Assembly: GCA_950097015.1 (NCBI GenBank)
Contig: CATNEN010000039.1
Span: 682,001-746,000, forward strand
Reading direction: 5' to 3'
Length of the DNA: 64,000 nucleotides
Origin: Macrostomum hystrix
Lineage: Eukaryota > Animalia > Platyhelminthes
Positions 60,754-64,000 of the stretch are shown one piece after another (within the stretch, counting starts at the first letter, position 1; each line of letters starts with the position of its first letter). The notes under the pieces are model-generated. The model did no database searches, was not told where the DNA came from, and saw only the letters and a list, made by a program, of their open reading frames with translations. The position numbers were made by a program, and so were the translations under genes.

Positions 60754-62162
60754 ATTCCACTTCAAACTCCGAATGTTTCTAGATCTGTCCGCTGCTTGAG
60801 CCTGCGGGTTCAGCCTGCCTCAAATTGTTGCTGTGTGGATAGTCGGCTTCACTGTGGATATACTGGGCCGGTTCCCGCCTTTGTAATTTTGCAGCGGGCT
60901 GGGCATTTTGAGGCCAGAAAATTCTGCTTTGAGCAGCCTGCATTTTCCTTGTCCAGCCTCCCCACTTAGCCGCCTCACACAAAGCGTTGCGGCACAGCGT
61001 TGGCGTATTCAATGACAACCGGTTGGTATTTGACGGGGTCAGGCCACGTGAGAGGGACCCTCTCGGATGAGTATGTTCGCTTGACTAAAGCAATATTTCA
61101 ATTTTCAAAAATCATTAAAAATATTTTAAATTACACACCAGGGGTGGGTGTCGCCAAGCCGTTTATCTGACAAGCTGATAAATTCACTATCTGTATGTGG
61201 CCATTTCTGAAGTCCTTAAAAATGCATTGTGACTCTAGTAGCGATAAAACGGCAAAGTTTTAGATAGATAACTTTAATAGACGTGGCCTTAGTGGAGCCG
61301 GAAAAAGCCGTTTGCGCTGTCAGTTGTCGCATGCAGCTGTATCCTGGCAGTGCGCAGATCTGCCACTTCAAAGGGTCTGGTCAGACTGACTGCTTGGATA
61401 TACCTGCCTCTAAATTGATGACTAAAAGCTCACAAAATAACTCGATTTGCGATTGGATTTCAACCTTAAGCTCGTACAGTTTTACTGCACACCATACAAA
61501 TCAGTTAATATAAGCTAATGAGGTTGCAATATTGGTTGGCAAATGTTTAGAACTGCACCGCACCTGTCATATGCGAATACAATTAGCATTATTATGACCC
61601 GAGTCGGTAGAAAACTTGCTAAACTGTTGCTTTTGTTAACTAGCTGGCCCACACCCTCCCTGCACTGGGTGTGCACAGATCTGTGATATGCCACATTTAC
61701 CTGTTCCTGTCTTGCATAAAAACACTGGCCTGACCCTTTCTGCTTCTGCAGTGCGGCTCTGCGGCTCTGTGCTGAGAGAGTGCGTTGGCCGCTGGCTGTG
61801 TGCAAGCCCGGGGGTCAGAGACTCCAAGTGAATAATGCTCTGCCGGGTCTGAAAACTTTCTTACCCGCTGGGCATGCCACCCCACTGCAGCTGCGAACTC
61901 GCTCGCTGCCCGCGTATCCTTAAATGGCTCGATGTTAGAGAGTGGCAAAAGAGTGAGAGGAGGGAGGTGGGTGGAAAGGGACTGGCACAAATACATTTGC
62001 ACTGGACCAGCTAGGCAGAGAGCCTTAGGCTACGGCTGTTACCGCATGTATGCGCACCATTGCGCGACCAGCCACGCAGCCACCAGACGACAGTGACGCC
62101 AGCCGGGCTCAAAGCATCGCAGGACTAACCGCTCGGTCCTTTGCGCCCGGGTACAATCCATT

Positions 62163-64000
62163 ATGATGACGAATAGCTTTAACAGCGGCCGCAGCGGCGG
62201 CGGCTTTGTCATCGATCGACAGCGTCGGCTCTCCCAGCAGCTGGTGACTTCTGGAGTGGCAGCTGTGACATCGAGTTCGCCGCCGCCACAGCCGCCTCCA
62301 TTGCAGGCGCCGCCGCCTCCAAAGCCGGAGAAGTCCGACCGCGTCAAGGCTTTCGCCGAGAGCCTCCTCCGGCCGAAGCCGACACGAGCCAGCGTTCGAC
62401 AGCTGCAGGGCGCGCGCCGCGTGGCCCGCCTTACCCAGGCCTTCGACACGCGCTCCGCAAGCACTGGGGTCGCCTCTGCCATCGGCGGCGGCCTGGGCGC
62501 AAGTCGCTGGCGCAGCGAGGAGAACCTGCGGCTCACCTCCGGCGTTCATCAGCAACGGCGCAGCGCGACCAAGCCTCGCGCCTCCGTCATAGATGAGGAG
62601 GAGGCCGCAGCTGCTGAGGACGAAATTGATGAAGACGGCGAAAACAACTCAGACGAGTCGGCGGACACTGGCGAAGGTTCCGATATTCAGATGCGCCAGT
62701 TGCCGCCGCCAATGATTGCACTGTACGGTAGCGGAGGAGGTAACGGTGAAAATACTGTTCAGCAGCGGATCCGCGCCTTCGAATCCCGCAGTCAACTGAT
62801 CGCCGGCGATGCTCTTGCTTCCAGGCCTGAGCCGCTGTCGCCGCGGCTTCAACAGGCGGCGACCCTGGCAGCGACGCCTGCGCTGCCCACCCACACGCAG
62901 TCCGTCCGTCTGCCTGCGGTGGGCACTGCGGCGGTTGCCGACGAGACCAGCATCTATGAGGACTTGCGTCCGCTGCGTCAGCAACCAAAGCCGCAGAAGC
63001 CGCTGCCGGCTGTACCGCGTCATCGTCCCGGGACAGCTGCCGAAGCTGAGAATGTCTACGACATCGCCGGCGGAGGCGGCTTCGGTATGCGACGCACCGC
63101 CTCCGTTGAGGACATCATCTCGGCTCCGTTTCCGATGGGGGACTCGTCGGCAGCGGCGGGGGCAGAGAATGTGGAGTCCGAGTACGCCACAGTGACTGTC
63201 CGACCCGACCGTTCTGTCTCAGCTTCGTCTGGCTTATCGGCGCCAAGCCCAGCTTCCTCAGCCACCGCGCACACCCAGGAGGTCTGGCGCTCGCAAGTGC
63301 TCGACCGAGTCTCCGAGTCCTTCAGCGCCTTCCGTAAACTCTCCGCCGCCAGCAGCAGCGCCGGCAGCCGACTCGCCGCCATCTCTGACACGGCGGCAGC
63401 CTCCGACGCCGGAGGTAGCGACGACGATGACGGCAGCCGGAGCAACGTCAGCGAGGAGGTGGCGGACCGGATCAGGCGGGCCGAGCAGACCAGGCAGCAG
63501 AACGAGGCCATGCTGCATGGCGGCCTTGCGGCTAAGCGGATGCGGCATGACCAGCTGTTCGCCGGCTGCTGCCTCATCCGGATGAACCTAGTCGGAGGCG
63601 GTAAGTCTTGAGTTCGAACCTCCAGTTTGCTTATCATGTAATTGCGACTGAAATGCTTTGGTTGATTGATTTCCGCTTATCTTTCTTTTGCAAATAGCTT
63701 CCGATATGTATCGAAAATAAGCAAACGCAGCACACTCTCTGACACTGTACCGCAGCCGCTGCCGCCCCGGTCACCAGCTTCTGCCATCCGGCAGCTTTCG
63801 CTGGCCGTGACTTCAGCTACGCGCTGCCCAGCTTCTGCTTCCCTGACGCGGACAGCCTGCTGAGCCGGGCTGGCCGGCGGGAGCAACTAAACGACTACCT
63901 GCGCGAGTGCGACAAGTTTAGCTTTGTCATCACGGAGCAGCGCGGAGAGCGCTACTACGGCTACTGCATGCGCTGCCCCGTGCCGGCCTCCTCCGCGAGC
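62163..64000 (+). CDS. DENN-domain Rab GEF, DENND2/ST5-like (3'-partial). Exons 62163-63600 and 63756->64000
   Basis: Long disordered N-terminus (VQQRIRAFE, IYED, ENVYDI), then QLF, and after a phase-1 join uDENN motifs LPSFCFPDA and FSFVITEQRGERYYGYCMR. Confidence 0.87.

Overview
Eukaryotic (animal) genomic DNA with GC-rich GT-AG exons, minisatellite-filled introns and decayed transposons. The style suggests a free-living flatworm such as Macrostomum, but that is inference only. Manually spliced genes: SBDS (-, runs off the left edge), a signal peptide/EGF/TSP1/TM membrane protein (+), then a co-directional + strand run of housekeeping genes (BOP1, a divergent C-terminally truncated Ric-8, ENGase/GH85, RNASEH2B, and an unidentified mitochondrial-targeted gene). 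These are followed by a frameshifted secreted PAN/LamG-like gene (-) and a DENND2/ST5-like gene (+, runs off the right edge). Mobile DNA: two GG-ended MITEs with 8-bp TSDs, two Tc1/IS630 relics, MULE transposase relics, a truncated Gypsy, and a two-LTR defective Gypsy inserted into a minisatellite. Most striking: most introns and every spacer of the housekeeping cluster carry their own private tandem array, often starting at the splice donor. In at least two places, adjacent but different arrays have reverse-complementary cores, a candidate repeat-based RNA-bridging system for cis/trans-splicing in a putative SL-trans-spliced operon. Most long repeat-derived ORFs in the track are artefacts.
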